This document shows positions 18,983-28,732 of a stretch of 49,421 nt of DNA, one piece after another. The notes below the pieces were generated by a model. It ran no database searches. It was not told the DNA's origin and saw only the letters and a list, made by a program, of their open reading frames with translations. Numbering within the stretch: position 1 is the stretch's first letter; every line of letters starts with the position of its first letter. The position numbers and the translations under genes are program-made. Origin of the DNA: Acidobacteriota bacterium (GTDB taxonomy: Bacteria; Acidobacteriota; Terriglobia; Terriglobales; Acidobacteriaceae); contig JAGWML010000001.1 in the NCBI GenBank assembly GCA_028873155.1, forward strand, positions 1 through 49,421, read 5' to 3'.

Positions 18983-21900
18983 TTATTGTAGTTCCCGCCC
19001 CGCATGCAGGTGTTGCAGCGCATTCACCGTTACCCTGTGCCCTTGCATCGCGGCAATCCCATCGGCAGCTGCGCGCGCCGCTGCAATCGTTGTGATTGTA
19101 GGAACGCGTGCAATTACTGCCGCGCGCCGAATCGCCTTCTCGTCAAAGAACGTATCCTGTCCGCGCGGGGTGTTGATGATGAGCTGGATCCGGTCGCCCT
19201 TGATCAGATCCACGACGTTCGGACGTCCTTCTTCCACCTTGAAGACGCGCTCCACATTCAGGCCCGCATGCTCCAGCACGTTTGCGGTTCCCTCGGTTGC
19301 CACCAGATGAAATCCGAGATGCACGTACCGTCGCGCCAGTTCAATGGCGGCCTGCTTGTCATGGTCGTTCACGCTGAAGAACGCGGTCCCCGTCGTCGGA
19401 AGCACCTGGCTGGCCGAGAGCTGCGCTTTGGCAAATGCCTCGCCAAAGGTCTCTGCCACCCCCATCACTTCTCCCGTTGACTTCATCTCCGGCCCAAGCA
19501 CGGTATCCACTCCGGCAAACTTCGACCATGGGAATACCGGAGACTTCACATAAAAATGCGTACCGGTGTCCAGGTCCTTCCTGGCGGCAAGCTTTTCCGG
19601 CAGCAGTTCGCGCAGCTTGCGGCCCGTCATCAGCCTTGCGGCAACCTTTGCCAGAGGAACACCCGTCGCCTTTGACACATACGGCACCGTACGGGACGCA
19701 CGTGGATTCACTTCGATGACATACACGCGATCGTTGCCCTCACCATCGCGCTGGATTGCAAACTGCAGGTTGACAAGCCCGACGACCTTCAGCGCCAGAG
19801 CCAGCTTGCGCGTGTACTCGCGCAACGTATGCAGCGTCTCCTCGCGAATATCCACAGCTGGCAACACGCAGGAAGAGTCACCCGAGTGAATGCCCGCCTC
19901 TTCAATGTGCTGCATGATACCCGCGATCAACACATCTTCTGAGTCGCACAGGGCATCGACATCCACCTCCACTGCATTTTCCAGGAAGTGATCCACCAGC
20001 ACCGGCCGTTCCTGCGAGTACTCCACCGCCTCACGCATATACCGCGCCACCGATTCGGCATCGTACGCAATCACCATGGCGCGCCCGCCCAGCACGTAAC
20101 TGGGCCTCACCAGAACCGGATACCCGACGCGCTCCGCCACAGCCAGCGCCTCTTCCACGCTTATTGCCGTGCCGCCTGCCGGCTGTGGAATCTGCAGATC
20201 TTCGAGCAGCTTCCCAAACTGTTTGCGGTCCTCTGCCAGGTCGATCGACTCCGGCGACGTCCCGATAATCGGCACACCGGCTGCAAGCAGGCGCTGGGCA
20301 AGATTCAGCGGCGTCTGCCCGCCAAACTGCACAATCATCCCGATCTTCGCGCCCGAAGACGCCTCATGGTTGTAGACGCCCAGCACGTCTTCCAGCGTGA
20401 GCGGCTCAAAGTAGAGCCGGTCGCTCGTGTCGTAATCCGTCGACACCGTCTCCGGGTTGCAGTTGACCATGATCGTTTCGTAGCCGTCATCCTTCAGCGC
20501 AAACGCGGCATGACAGCAGCAGTAGTCAAACTCGATTCCCTGCCCGATGCGGTTCGGACCCGAACCCAGAATGATGATCTTCGGCGTGTCCGTCGGCGGC
20601 GCCTCATCCTCTTCGTCGTAGGTCGAGTAGAGATAGGGCGTCATCGACTCAAACTCTGCCGCACACGTATCCACCAGCTTGTAGACCGGCCGGATGCCCT
20701 TCGACTCGCGCAGATCGCGCACTCGCTTCACGCCTTCGTGGCCTTCGAGCTTCCACTCTGTCGCAATGCGCTCGTCGCTCAGGCCAAAGCGCTTCAGGCG
20801 GAGCAGCTCTTCTGCTCTCATCGCTTCCGGACGTGTACGCTCAATACTCTTCTGCGCCAGCGTCACCTCGCGAATCTGGTGCAGGAACCAGGGGTCCATC
20901 GACGTCAGCCGCGCCACTTCGCGCACGCTCATGCCGCGCTCAAACGCAAACCGGATATAGCCTAGACGCTCCGGTCGCGGCGTCACCAGCATCTGCGTCA
21001 GCCGACGCGGCTCCAGCACCTCCGCCCCAGTCTTCTTGCCCGTCTCCAGCGCGCGCCATGCCTTCATTAGCGCTTCCTTGAAGGTGCGGCCCATCGCCAT
21101 CACCTCGCCCACCGACTTCATCTGCGGGCCCAGCACGTCATTCGCGCCCGGGAATTTCTCGAACTGCCACTTCGGAATCTTCACCACAACGTAGTCAATC
21201 GTCGGCTCAAAGCATGCCGGCGTCTTGCGCGTGATGTCATTGGGAATCTCATCGAGCGTGTAGCCCACCGCGAGCTTTGCCGCAATCTTCGCAATCGGGA
21301 AGCCCGTCGCCTTCGACGCCAGCGCCGAAGAACGGGACACGCGCGGATTCATCTCAATCACCGTCATGCGGCCATCCAGCGGGTTGACCGCAAACTGCAC
21401 GTTCGATCCACCGGTCTCCACGCCGATCTCGCGCATCACAGCAATCGCGGCATCGCGCATCTTCTGATACTCACGATCCGTGAGCGTCTGCGCCGGGGCC
21501 ACCGTGATCGAGTCGCCCGTATGCACGCCCATCGGATCAAAATTCTCAATGGAGCAGATGATGATGACGTTGTCCGCCAGGTCGCGCATCACTTCCAGCT
21601 CGTATTCCTTCCACCCCAGCACGCTTTCTTCAATCAGGCACTCATGCACCGGCGAGAGATCGAGCCCGCGCGCCAGAATCTCCATCAGCTCTTCGCGGTT
21701 GTACGCGATGCCGCCGCCTGAGCCGCCCAGCGTAAAGCTCGGCCGGATGAGCACCGGGAAACCGATCTTCGAGGCAAAGTCCAGGCCGTCGCGCAGATTG
21801 TTCACCAGCGCAGACTTTGACACCTCCAGCCCGATGCGAATCATTGCATCCTTGAAGAGCAGCCGGTCCTCGGCCTTCTTGATCGCTTCGAGCTTCGCGC

Positions 21901-22273
21901 CAATCAATTCCACGTTATAGCGGTCCAGCACTCCTGCATCGGCCAGGTCCACGGCCAGGTTCAGCGCCGTCTGCCCGCCAACCGTCGGCAGCAGGGCGAA
22001 CTTGCCCGCGCCCGGCCCAAGCATCTCCGCCTCTTTGCGAATGATCTCCTCGACATACTCGCGCGTCAGGGGCTCAATATACGTGCGGTCGGCCAGCTCC
22101 GGGTCGGTCATGATGGTAGCCGGGTTTGAGTTCACCAGCACCACCTCATAGCCTTCCTGCTTCAGCGCCTTGCAGGCCTGCGTGCCGCTGTAGTCAAACT
22201 CGGCCGACTGCCCAATCACAATCGGCCCCGAGCCGATCACAAGAATCTTCTGAATGTCATTTCTGCGTGGCAT
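18983..22273 (-). CDS. carB: carbamoyl-phosphate synthase large subunit
   Basis: [22 protein letters not shown], duplicated ATP-grasp domains, MGS domain; 1096 aa. Confidence 0.99.
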   Translation of the reverse strand: MPRRNDIQKILVIGSGPIVIGQSAEFDYSGTQACKALKQEGYEVVLVNSNPATIMTDPELADRTYIEPLTREYVEEIIRKEAEMLGPGAGKFALLPTVGGQTALNLAVDLADAGVLDRYNVELIGAKLEAIKKAEDRLLFKDAMIRIGLEVSKSALVNNLRDGLDFASKIGFPVLIRPSFTLGGSGGGIAYNREELMEILARGLDLSPVHECLIEESVLGWKEYELEVMRDLADNVIIICSIENFDPMGVHTGDSITVAPAQTLTDREYQKMRDAAIAVMREIGVETGGSNVQFAVNPLDGRMTVIEMNPRVSRSSALASKATGFPIAKIAAKLAVGYTLDEIPNDITRKTPACFEPTIDYVVVKIPKWQFEKFPGANDVLGPQMKSVGEVMAMGRTFKEALMKAWRALETGKKTGAEVLEPRRLTQMLVTPRPERLGYIRFAFERGMSVREVARLTSMDPWFLHQIREVTLAQKSIERTRPEAMRAEELLRLKRFGLSDERIATEWKLEGHEGVKRVRDLRESKGIRPVYKLVDTCAAEFESMTPYLYSTYDEEDEAPPTDTPKIIILGSGPNRIGQGIEFDYCCCHAAFALKDDGYETIMVNCNPETVSTDYDTSDRLYFEPLTLEDVLGVYNHEASSGAKIGMIVQFGGQTPLNLAQRLLAAGVPIIGTSPESIDLAEDRKQFGKLLEDLQIPQPAGGTAISVEEALAVAERVGYPVLVRPSYVLGGRAMVIAYDAESVARYMREAVEYSQERPVLVDHFLENAVEVDVDALCDSEDVLIAGIMQHIEEAGIHSGDSSCVLPAVDIREETLHTLREYTRKLALALKVVGLVNLQFAIQRDGEGNDRVYVIEVNPRASRTVPYVSKATGVPLAKVAARLMTGRKLRELLPEKLAARKDLDTGTHFYVKSPVFPWSKFAGVDTVLGPEMKSTGEVMGVAETFGEAFAKAQLSASQVLPTTGTAFFSVNDHDKQAAIELARRYVHLGFHLVATEGTANVLEHAGLNVERVFKVEEGRPNVVDLIKGDRIQLIINTPRGQDTFFDEKAIRRAAVIARVPTITTIAAARAAADGIAAMQGHRVTVNALQHLHAGRELQ

Positions 22274-22292
22274 TTTTCTCTTGGTATTCCGC

Positions 22293-22874
22293 TTAGAATC
22301 GATCTCTCGTGTTTTGAGGGGTTACGGCTTCAACCCAGCTGTTGGGGTCGTCGCTTTGAAAGGGCACGACTTTAGTCGTGCCATAAGCTCGTTCATAACC
22401 GAGTGGCTTTAGCCACTGAGGGACGGGGTCCAACTTCCAACCGGGATATGCAGAAGAATATTTGAATTCTGCCGGTACATTGCAGAGGTGTCTCTTCACC
22501 GGATTCAAATGGATGTAATGGACGTGCCGGTCGTAGTCCTCCGCATCCCGGATCCGATGATCCGAGAAGCCGCGCTGCCAAACCTCGCCATTAAACCCAA
22601 GTTCCTTTTTCACTCGAAACGAGAACCCGCCCTTGATGAGCTGCGCTGCTCGTTCAAGTGAGACGGCCGGGGTAATGAGCAAATGAACGTGGTCGGGCAT
22701 TGAGACAAATTCGTGGATGAAATACGCTTCGCCTCGATGGGCAAGAAGATTCTTGAAAAAGAGCCGCGCCCACGCTTCATTTTTGAATAGAGCACGCCGC
22801 TCCCACGTGTCGGACGTGATGAAGTACGTCTGCGAGTTGTTGGTTGCGTGCTCGCGTGCGGGTTTCAAAACCAT
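22293..22874 (-). CDS. REP-associated tyrosine transposase (RAYT / TnpA-REP, HUH Y1)
   Basis: [13 protein letters not shown] (HUH), [11 protein letters not shown], catalytic [12 protein letters not shown]. Flanked by inverted palindromic repeats. Confidence 0.92.
   Translation of the reverse strand: MVLKPAREHATNNSQTYFITSDTWERRALFKNEAWARLFFKNLLAHRGEAYFIHEFVSMPDHVHLLITPAVSLERAAQLIKGGFSFRVKKELGFNGEVWQRGFSDHRIRDAEDYDRHVHYIHLNPVKRHLCNVPAEFKYSSAYPGWKLDPVPQWLKPLGYERAYGTTKVVPFQSDDPNSWVEAVTPQNTRDRF
22311..22336 (+). repeat. degenerate, truncated third REP-like unit
   Basis: GTTTTGAGGGGTTACGGCTTCAACCC resembles the unit start TTTGAAAGGGCACGGCTTTAGCC. Confidence 0.45.
22355..22423 (+). repeat. REP doublet (two hairpins), copy downstream of the RAYT
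   Basis: TTTGAAAG-GGCACGAC-TTTA-GTCGTGCC…GTGGC-TTTA-GCCAC-TGAGGGA. Confidence 0.9.
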
Positions 22875-22942
22875 CCCTCAGCGGTTAAAGCCGCGACTTC
22901 TTTTTCGTCGTTGCGGCACGGCTAAAGCCGTGCCCTTTCAAA
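22874..22942 (-). repeat. REP doublet (two hairpins), upstream copy, inverted relative to 22355-22423
   Basis: Reverse complement reads TTTGAAAG-GGCACGGC-TTTA-GCCGTGCC…GCGGCTTTAACCGC-TGAGGGA. Confidence 0.9.
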
Positions 22943-22955
22943 ACTGCCCTGTCTC

Positions 22956-22984
22956 AAAAAACAGCGGAGCCGAAAGCCCCGCTG
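22956..22984 (-). terminator. intrinsic terminator after carA
   Basis: Minus strand CAGCGGGGCTTTCGGCTCCGCTG hairpin followed by TTTTTT. Confidence 0.85.
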
Positions 22985-23019
22985 CGCTTGAAAACCTTAA
23001 CGTCTGCACCTGAACCGCG

Positions 23020-24159
23020 TCATCCCCTCCACTCCTCCATCATCCTGCGGAAGTCATGGAACAGGTAATGCGAGTCATGCGGCCCTGGCGCGGCCTCCGG
23101 GTGATACTGCACGCTGAACAGCGGCAGCGTCTTGTGCCGCAGCCCCTCCAGCGTCTGGTCGTTCAGATCGACGTGCGTCAACTCCACCTCATTCGCGTTG
23201 ATGGAGTCCGGGTCTACCGCAAAGTTGTGGTTGTGCGCCGTAATCTCCACCTTGCCGGTGGTGTTGTTCTTCACTGGATGATTCCCGCCGTGATGCCCAA
23301 ACTTCAGCTTGTAGGTCCGCCCGCCCAGCGCCAGCCCTGTCAGTTGATGTCCCAGGCAAATGCCGAAGATCGGTACCCGGCCCATCATCTCGCGAATCGC
23401 CCGCACCGCGTAGTCCACCGGCTCCGGATCGCCGGGTCCATTCGACAGAAACACGCCGTCCGGCTTCATCCCCTGCACGTCCGCTCCGCTCGTCTCGGCC
23501 GGAACCACGGTGACTCTGCAGCCGTCGCGCGTCAGCATCCGCAGAATGTTCTGCTTAATCCCAAAGTCGTACGCCACCACGTGCAGCAGCTTGCGATCAT
23601 GCGCATCCTGCGCGGGCAGCAGCGGATCACCTGCCTGATTGCGATGATCCTGTGCGTCGAATGTATAGACCGACTTCGTTGAGACAACTCGCGCCAGGTC
23701 CGTCCCATCCATCTTGCGAATGTTGCGCGCCCGTTGCACAAGCACATCGGCGTTCGTCTCGGTGGTCGAAATCACTCCGCGCATTACGCCATGCGTCCGC
23801 AGATGGCGCACCAGTGCCCGCGTATCAATCTCCGCCAGCACTGGAACGTTGTAGCGCTCCATGTACTCATCGGTCACCTGTTCGGAGCGCCAGTTGGAGC
23901 TGATCACAGAAAATTCCCTGACAATCAGTCCCTCAATGAAGGGCTTGGCCGCCTCATTGTCTGCCTGGTTGGTGCCGTAATTGCCAATTTGTGGATTAGT
24001 GAGAACAACGATCTGGCCGGCATAGGAGGGATCGGTTGCAATTTCCTGGTAGCCGGTTAGAGAAGTATTGAAAACAACCTCGCCCTGACATTCGCCAGGT
24101 GCGCCATGGCCTTGGCCGCGGAAGATGCGCCCGTCTTCGAGCGCTAAAATCGCCTGCAT
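23020..24159 (-). CDS. carA: carbamoyl-phosphate synthase small subunit
   Basis: [29 protein letters not shown] (catalytic Cys), QYHPE. Confidence 0.98.
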   Translation of the reverse strand: MQAILALEDGRIFRGQGHGAPGECQGEVVFNTSLTGYQEIATDPSYAGQIVVLTNPQIGNYGTNQADNEAAKPFIEGLIVREFSVISSNWRSEQVTDEYMERYNVPVLAEIDTRALVRHLRTHGVMRGVISTTETNADVLVQRARNIRKMDGTDLARVVSTKSVYTFDAQDHRNQAGDPLLPAQDAHDRKLLHVVAYDFGIKQNILRMLTRDGCRVTVVPAETSGADVQGMKPDGVFLSNGPGDPEPVDYAVRAIREMMGRVPIFGICLGHQLTGLALGGRTYKLKFGHHGGNHPVKNNTTGKVEITAHNHNFAVDPDSINANEVELTHVDLNDQTLEGLRHKTLPLFSVQYHPEAAPGPHDSHYLFHDFRRMMEEWRG

Positions 24160-24409
24160 TGCCTCTCCGGGGAGTGGATTCAATCGATTCTAGCAGGTTT
24201 GCCCGGCGGAAATTCTCGGCGGCGCGATTGCATGTGGAGATTCTGTCGTGCGAGGGGGGTCCCACCCATGCGAACGGCCATCTTTCTGGCAAGCAGCCGC
24301 CTGCCAGTACATGACGAAAGTCAAGCCAGGGCGCAGGTAAGTGTTGACTTTAATCCAGTAGAGTGCGGAAATGTCATGTAAATCTTCCCCAGTCGCGAGG
24401 AGCATCCCC

Positions 24410-25633
24410 ATGAATTCCTTCGCGTCCTTCTATCGCAACATTGGGCTTACCGTCGCTTCCCTGGGCATCTGGGTCGTCCCGGCCTCGTCCCAACCGTCGC
24501 AGCCCTCTCGGCAACCAAAAGCTGCCGTCTATTCCAGTGCTTCAAAGGGCAAGCCCACCCAACAACAAGGAGCCGTTCCCGCGGGTGCCTCCAGTTCACC
24601 CTCGATCCAGGCCGGTTCGCAAGACTCTTCTTCATCCGATACAAATGCCACGCCAGACGCCGCCTCAGGGCAGACGCTCCTATCCATCGCACCGCTCAAG
24701 ATCACGCTCACGCCATCTGAAACCCCTCTCAAGCTGGGTTCAAATTCGAATATTGCCGCCGACATCCAGAATGTCTCCACCAAACCTGTCGAGTTGGATA
24801 CGACAGCCATTCAATTGATGGTCCATGCCATCCTTTCGAAGACGGACTCGCTCTGCGTGCTGCCGCTAGGCCCTACGACAAATACCTATCTGATGGGTTT
24901 GCTCGTCCTGGAACCCCAGGATCACCTCAGTGTGCTCTTCAACCTGTCTCAGAAGCCGTTTGTCTATACACAGGAAGAAGCTACGGCGATCGACCAGACG
25001 CTGCAAAAGATGCACCCTTCCGGCCCCACATCGACGCAACCGGGACAGGCTTCATACCAGCGCCTCTACCAGGAGGCATATCTCCGCTCCTGCAATCCGA
25101 GCGCCTTCGGGCCGCTTGAGAGAGCGATTGATTTCACACCTGGCAATTATGAGTACTTCCTCACCGGCAAGTTCTCTGTCTGTGACCCAATCCCAGGGTC
25201 ATCCATGCCCATTTGCCCGTATCCGATGCGCTCTTTTGCGCAAAGCGAGAAATTCCCGGTCGGCATTGACCAGATACAGATCATCTGCTTCGCAATTATT
25301 GGCGGAATCCTCGCCTATCTGGTCGTCGCGGTTCGCGGAGATGAAGGCTCGGTCAATCAGTTTTTTGCTTTGCTCACAACGCGGAAAACGGCAGGCGCGG
25401 CCGTGGAGATATGGTCGCGCAACGGCCTCATTCTCGCTGCCAAACTCATCCGGGATGTCCTCGGAGTCGCCATCCTCAGCTCGGCCTTTACCATTGTCTC
25501 GTCGCGGCTCTCAGACAGTCAGTTTCCCATCAAAGTCTCCGTGCTCGACGGCTGGGGCGCCATCACCATCGGATTCCTGTCCTACTTCGTGGGAAACAAA
25601 TTTATCGACTCGCTGCGCAATATGGTCAAGTAG
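24410..25633 (+). CDS. hypothetical exported membrane protein (signal peptide, Ser/Pro linker, beta-rich domain, about 3 C-terminal TM helices)
   Basis: GAGGAG RBS before ATG at 24410; 407 aa; fills the carA-lepB gap; hydrophobic C-terminal helices. Confidence 0.8.
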   Translation: MNSFASFYRNIGLTVASLGIWVVPASSQPSQPSRQPKAAVYSSASKGKPTQQQGAVPAGASSSPSIQAGSQDSSSSDTNATPDAASGQTLLSIAPLKITLTPSETPLKLGSNSNIAADIQNVSTKPVELDTTAIQLMVHAILSKTDSLCVLPLGPTTNTYLMGLLVLEPQDHLSVLFNLSQKPFVYTQEEATAIDQTLQKMHPSGPTSTQPGQASYQRLYQEAYLRSCNPSAFGPLERAIDFTPGNYEYFLTGKFSVCDPIPGSSMPICPYPMRSFAQSEKFPVGIDQIQIICFAIIGGILAYLVVAVRGDEGSVNQFFALLTTRKTAGAAVEIWSRNGLILAAKLIRDVLGVAILSSAFTIVSSRLSDSQFPIKVSVLDGWGAITIGFLSYFVGNKFIDSLRNMVK

Positions 25634-25634
25634 C

Positions 25635-26240
25635 TCACTCCACCACGCCAGCGTCCTTCGCCGGCCAGTAGATGAACTCCGCTTTCCCGTAAATCAGGTC
25701 CCGTTCCACAGGCCCGAATTCGCGGCTGTCCGAAGAGATCGACCGGTGATCGCCCATCATGAAGTACATGCCGTCGGGTACGACCATCTCCGCCATGGAC
25801 CGCCCATCCCGGTATCGCAGCGGCACATACCCTTCCTGTAACGGCTTGCCATTGAGCCAGACCAGCCCCCGATCTATCCATATCTTGTCTCCCGGCAGCC
25901 CAATCACGCGCTTGATATAACTTTTCTGCGGATCGCGCGGATAACGGAAGACCACCACATCGCCGCGATGGATCGCCTCAATGTGGTACACGAACTTATT
26001 GATGAACAGCCGGTCGTGATCCTCCAGCCGCGGCAACATGCTCGTGCCTTCCACGCGCACCGGCTGGTAGAGAAACGTGATGATGAAAATTGATATCGCG
26101 GCGGAAACCATCAGGTCGCGCAGCCAGGAGCTTTTTGTCATACGCTCTCTTTCGCTGCCGGTTCCGCCTGCGGTGTTGCGAACCTTTGCTTCTGTCTCCG
26201 CGTTCATGTCGATTCTTGAGTCCTGGGGAGAATTCTGCAT
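25635..26240 (-). CDS. lepB: signal peptidase I
   Basis: GTSMLP (catalytic Ser), YIKRVIGLPGD (Lys), GDHRSISSDSR. Confidence 0.95.
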   Translation of the reverse strand: MQNSPQDSRIDMNAETEAKVRNTAGGTGSERERMTKSSWLRDLMVSAAISIFIITFLYQPVRVEGTSMLPRLEDHDRLFINKFVYHIEAIHRGDVVVFRYPRDPQKSYIKRVIGLPGDKIWIDRGLVWLNGKPLQEGYVPLRYRDGRSMAEMVVPDGMYFMMGDHRSISSDSREFGPVERDLIYGKAEFIYWPAKDAGVVE

Positions 26241-26277
26241 CCTGTCTTCAGTTTAGTTTAGATGACGAGTGAGCACA

Positions 26278-26549
26278 CTAGGGCCTGTTCACTCTATCTG
26301 GGCGGATGGCGTTGCAAGCGAGAATGGGGCCAGACGAAGCCGAGCCCGAAGGCTTTGGCGGGTCCACAGTCGAGGGCGAGAAGGAAGGATGGCCCCATTT
26401 TCGCAGCAACCCGAAGGGCCGGGGCCAATTTTCCCGATTTCTGCGTCGATCGTCGCTAGCAGACACCCGGTATGCGTCACTCCTCACTCCTTGAACTCGA
26501 AAAAATTGGCTCCCGGCGCCACCGCCCAGATAGTGTGAACAGGCCCTAG
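26278..26549. mobile_element. non-autonomous MITE-like element with 28-bp terminal inverted repeats
   Basis: Left end CTAGGGCCTGTTCACTCTATCTGGGCGG vs right end (reverse complement) CTAGGGCCTGTTCACACTATCTGGGCGG, 27/28 identical. CTAG at both ends, no transposase, internal stems. Confidence 0.8.
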
Positions 26550-27379
26550 GAGCATCCCAGGCCACCGGGCGGGCACAAAATCCTCCCATGGGCCGGCTTG
26601 CCCAGGGGCTGAGGCTGCTCCGGCGCGGGCGCCAGCACGGGCGCAGGTGTGCTCGCCAGGTTCAACTCCTGCAACTCCAGCGGCCGTTGCAGCACCATCT
26701 CCACCTGGGTGCCGCTCTCGATATTCACGTCGGCCCCTCGCGTAAACAGCGAAACCAGTCCAGCCGTCGCCAGGCCGGCGCCGATTCCGGCAATCCCCCC
26801 GGCGAGCGGATGCCCAGACCCCAGCCCGCCAATTGCGCCAACCGTAGCGCCCGTCGGCACAGATACCTCGGCCACCTTGCCCATGTTCCGCGTCTTATCG
26901 CTATCCTGCTCGATCGTGCCTTCCTTGTCGTCCTTCACCGACTGCTGCTTGGCTCCCGGCAGGCTGTTCACCGTCCCCGGTATCTCCACCACAGAACCGT
27001 TCGGGAAGATCATCGACGTGAAGTGCATGTCCAGTTGCGCTTTGCCCTTCACGTGCCCCGCGCGCTGCACCCGATCCACCTCACCCTGCACGTACACCCC
27101 TGCGGGAATCATCACCCGGTTCCCAACCACGACTGGGAATGTCGAGGCCAGGTACACACCATCGCCAGGCTTCGCGCTCTTTGTATTGATCGAGCTGCGC
27201 AGTTGCAGCAGGACCTTCGTGCCCGCGGGCACCACAAAGGTCTTTGGTGCGGCCGGCACAGCCGCCTGCGCCGCTCCCGGAGCCGGCCCCGGAGCCGCAT
27301 CCACCTGTTGCGCAATGCATGCGGCAGAACTCACCGACAGCGCGACTCCAAGCGCCATCCGTACCACTCTGTTTGCCAT
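26546..27379 (-). CDS. exported TrbI/VirB10-like beta-barrel domain protein
   Basis: Signal peptide, VPAGTKVLLQL, IPAGVYVQGEV, glycine-zipper GATVGAIGG…GAG, RGADVNIESGT. AAGGAG RBS. Confidence 0.75.
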   Translation of the reverse strand: MANRVVRMALGVALSVSSAACIAQQVDAAPGPAPGAAQAAVPAAPKTFVVPAGTKVLLQLRSSINTKSAKPGDGVYLASTFPVVVGNRVMIPAGVYVQGEVDRVQRAGHVKGKAQLDMHFTSMIFPNGSVVEIPGTVNSLPGAKQQSVKDDKEGTIEQDSDKTRNMGKVAEVSVPTGATVGAIGGLGSGHPLAGGIAGIGAGLATAGLVSLFTRGADVNIESGTQVEMVLQRPLELQELNLASTPAPVLAPAPEQPQPLGKPAHGRILCPPGGLGCS

Positions 27380-27508
27380 GGAGGATCCACTCTCCTTACC
27401 TTCTGATAGACGCATCCGTTTCAGCCTACGGTAGCCCCTTCCATCGGGAAAAACGAATTTGCGGTTCGATACAGCCCTGTTTCCCAAATCGCGCTACCAT
27501 GCAGGACA

Positions 27509-28657
27509 GTGATGAAGTCAGCCGCATCCTCGTCAGCGGGCGCAAGTGAACCGCGGGATTCTCGCTTTGCCCCGGCATGGGCCGTACTCAATGAAGCCAT
27601 CGCTGCAAAGGCCTTTCCGGGCTGCGCGTTCGGCGTCTTTGCGCAGGGCTCCACCCTGATTCAACACGCTCTCGGCCGCTTCACATACGACAATGCATCC
27701 CGCGCGATTGCGCCAGAGACCGTCTTCGACGTTGCCAGCCTCACCAAGGTGGTGGCCACCACCGCAGCCGCCATGCTGCTGTATCAGCGCGGTCTGCTGG
27801 ACCTCGATACCCCGCTCGGCGATCTCCTGCCGGGGTTCATCGTGGGCCGCTCCTCAGCGCAGCACGCCCGACTGGTCACTTTGCGCCATCTTCTCGCCCA
27901 TTCCTCCGGGCTTCCCGGCTACGTTCCCTTCTTCAAAACCGTCCACTCGCCCGCGGCACTCTTCCGGGCATTGCTTGAGTTGCCCATTGAGATGGAACCG
28001 GGCACCCGTGCCGAATACTCAGATCCCGGCTTCATTTTGCTTGGCAAGGCGCTCGAAGTCCTCACCCGCGAGTACCTCGCTCCCTGGCTCCGCCGAGAGG
28101 TCTTCCATCCGCTGGGTCTGCACTCCACGGGCTTCTGTCCCCCTCTGGAACTCCGACCGGCGATCCCGCCCACCGAAGAAGACACGACCTTTCGCCGCCG
28201 CCGCATCCAGGGTGAGGTGCAGGATGAGCACGCATGGCTGCTGCAGGGCGCAGGCGGTCACGCCGGATTGTTTTCGAACGTCCCCGACCTTCTTCGCTTC
28301 GCACAATCCATTCTTGCGGGGCTAAAGCCAGACTCCTTCGTCTCGCATCCTCCTGCTCTCTTCAGCGACTCCACAATCGAATGCTTTGCTGAGCGCCAGC
28401 CTCCCCCCGGCAGCACACGCGCGCTTGGATGGGACACTCCATCGGCCGACTCTTCCTCTGGAATCCACTTCTCGCCGCACTCCATCGGTCATCTGGGATT
28501 CAGCGGCTGCTCCCTCTGGATCGACCTGGATGCGGCCATCGCCGTGGTTCTGCTCACCAATCGCACCTGGCCTGACCGCAGCAGTCAGCTCATCCGCCAT
28601 GTCCGTCCTGCTTTTCACAATGCGATTCGGCAGGCGCTCTCCGCTTCTCTTGCTTAA
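27509..28657 (+). CDS. serine hydrolase, beta-lactamase/AmpC-like family
   Basis: SLTK (SxxK), LLAHSSG, YSD, GHAGLFS, GHLGFSG, LLTNR. Confidence 0.92.
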   Translation: MMKSAASSSAGASEPRDSRFAPAWAVLNEAIAAKAFPGCAFGVFAQGSTLIQHALGRFTYDNASRAIAPETVFDVASLTKVVATTAAAMLLYQRGLLDLDTPLGDLLPGFIVGRSSAQHARLVTLRHLLAHSSGLPGYVPFFKTVHSPAALFRALLELPIEMEPGTRAEYSDPGFILLGKALEVLTREYLAPWLRREVFHPLGLHSTGFCPPLELRPAIPPTEEDTTFRRRRIQGEVQDEHAWLLQGAGGHAGLFSNVPDLLRFAQSILAGLKPDSFVSHPPALFSDSTIECFAERQPPPGSTRALGWDTPSADSSSGIHFSPHSIGHLGFSGCSLWIDLDAAIAVVLLTNRTWPDRSSQLIRHVRPAFHNAIRQALSASLA

Positions 28658-28732
28658 CCATTCGTTGGCGCTACCCCTTGTCGCAAATTTTTTCTTGTAG
28701 AGTCTTGCGAGCAACAGGCATACAATGAAAAG

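Noticed and set aside
22311-26549. Palindromic repeats as a CRISPR array
   Set aside because: No regularly spaced direct repeats with unique spacers, and no cas genes.
26546-27379. TrbI/VirB10-like gene as evidence of a type IV secretion or conjugative element
   Set aside because: No VirB4, VirD4, relaxase or other T4SS genes are in the window.
28316-28332. GGGCTAAAGCC resembling the REP loop
   Set aside because: Only a short match inside the serine hydrolase CDS, with no extended stem or flanking motifs.
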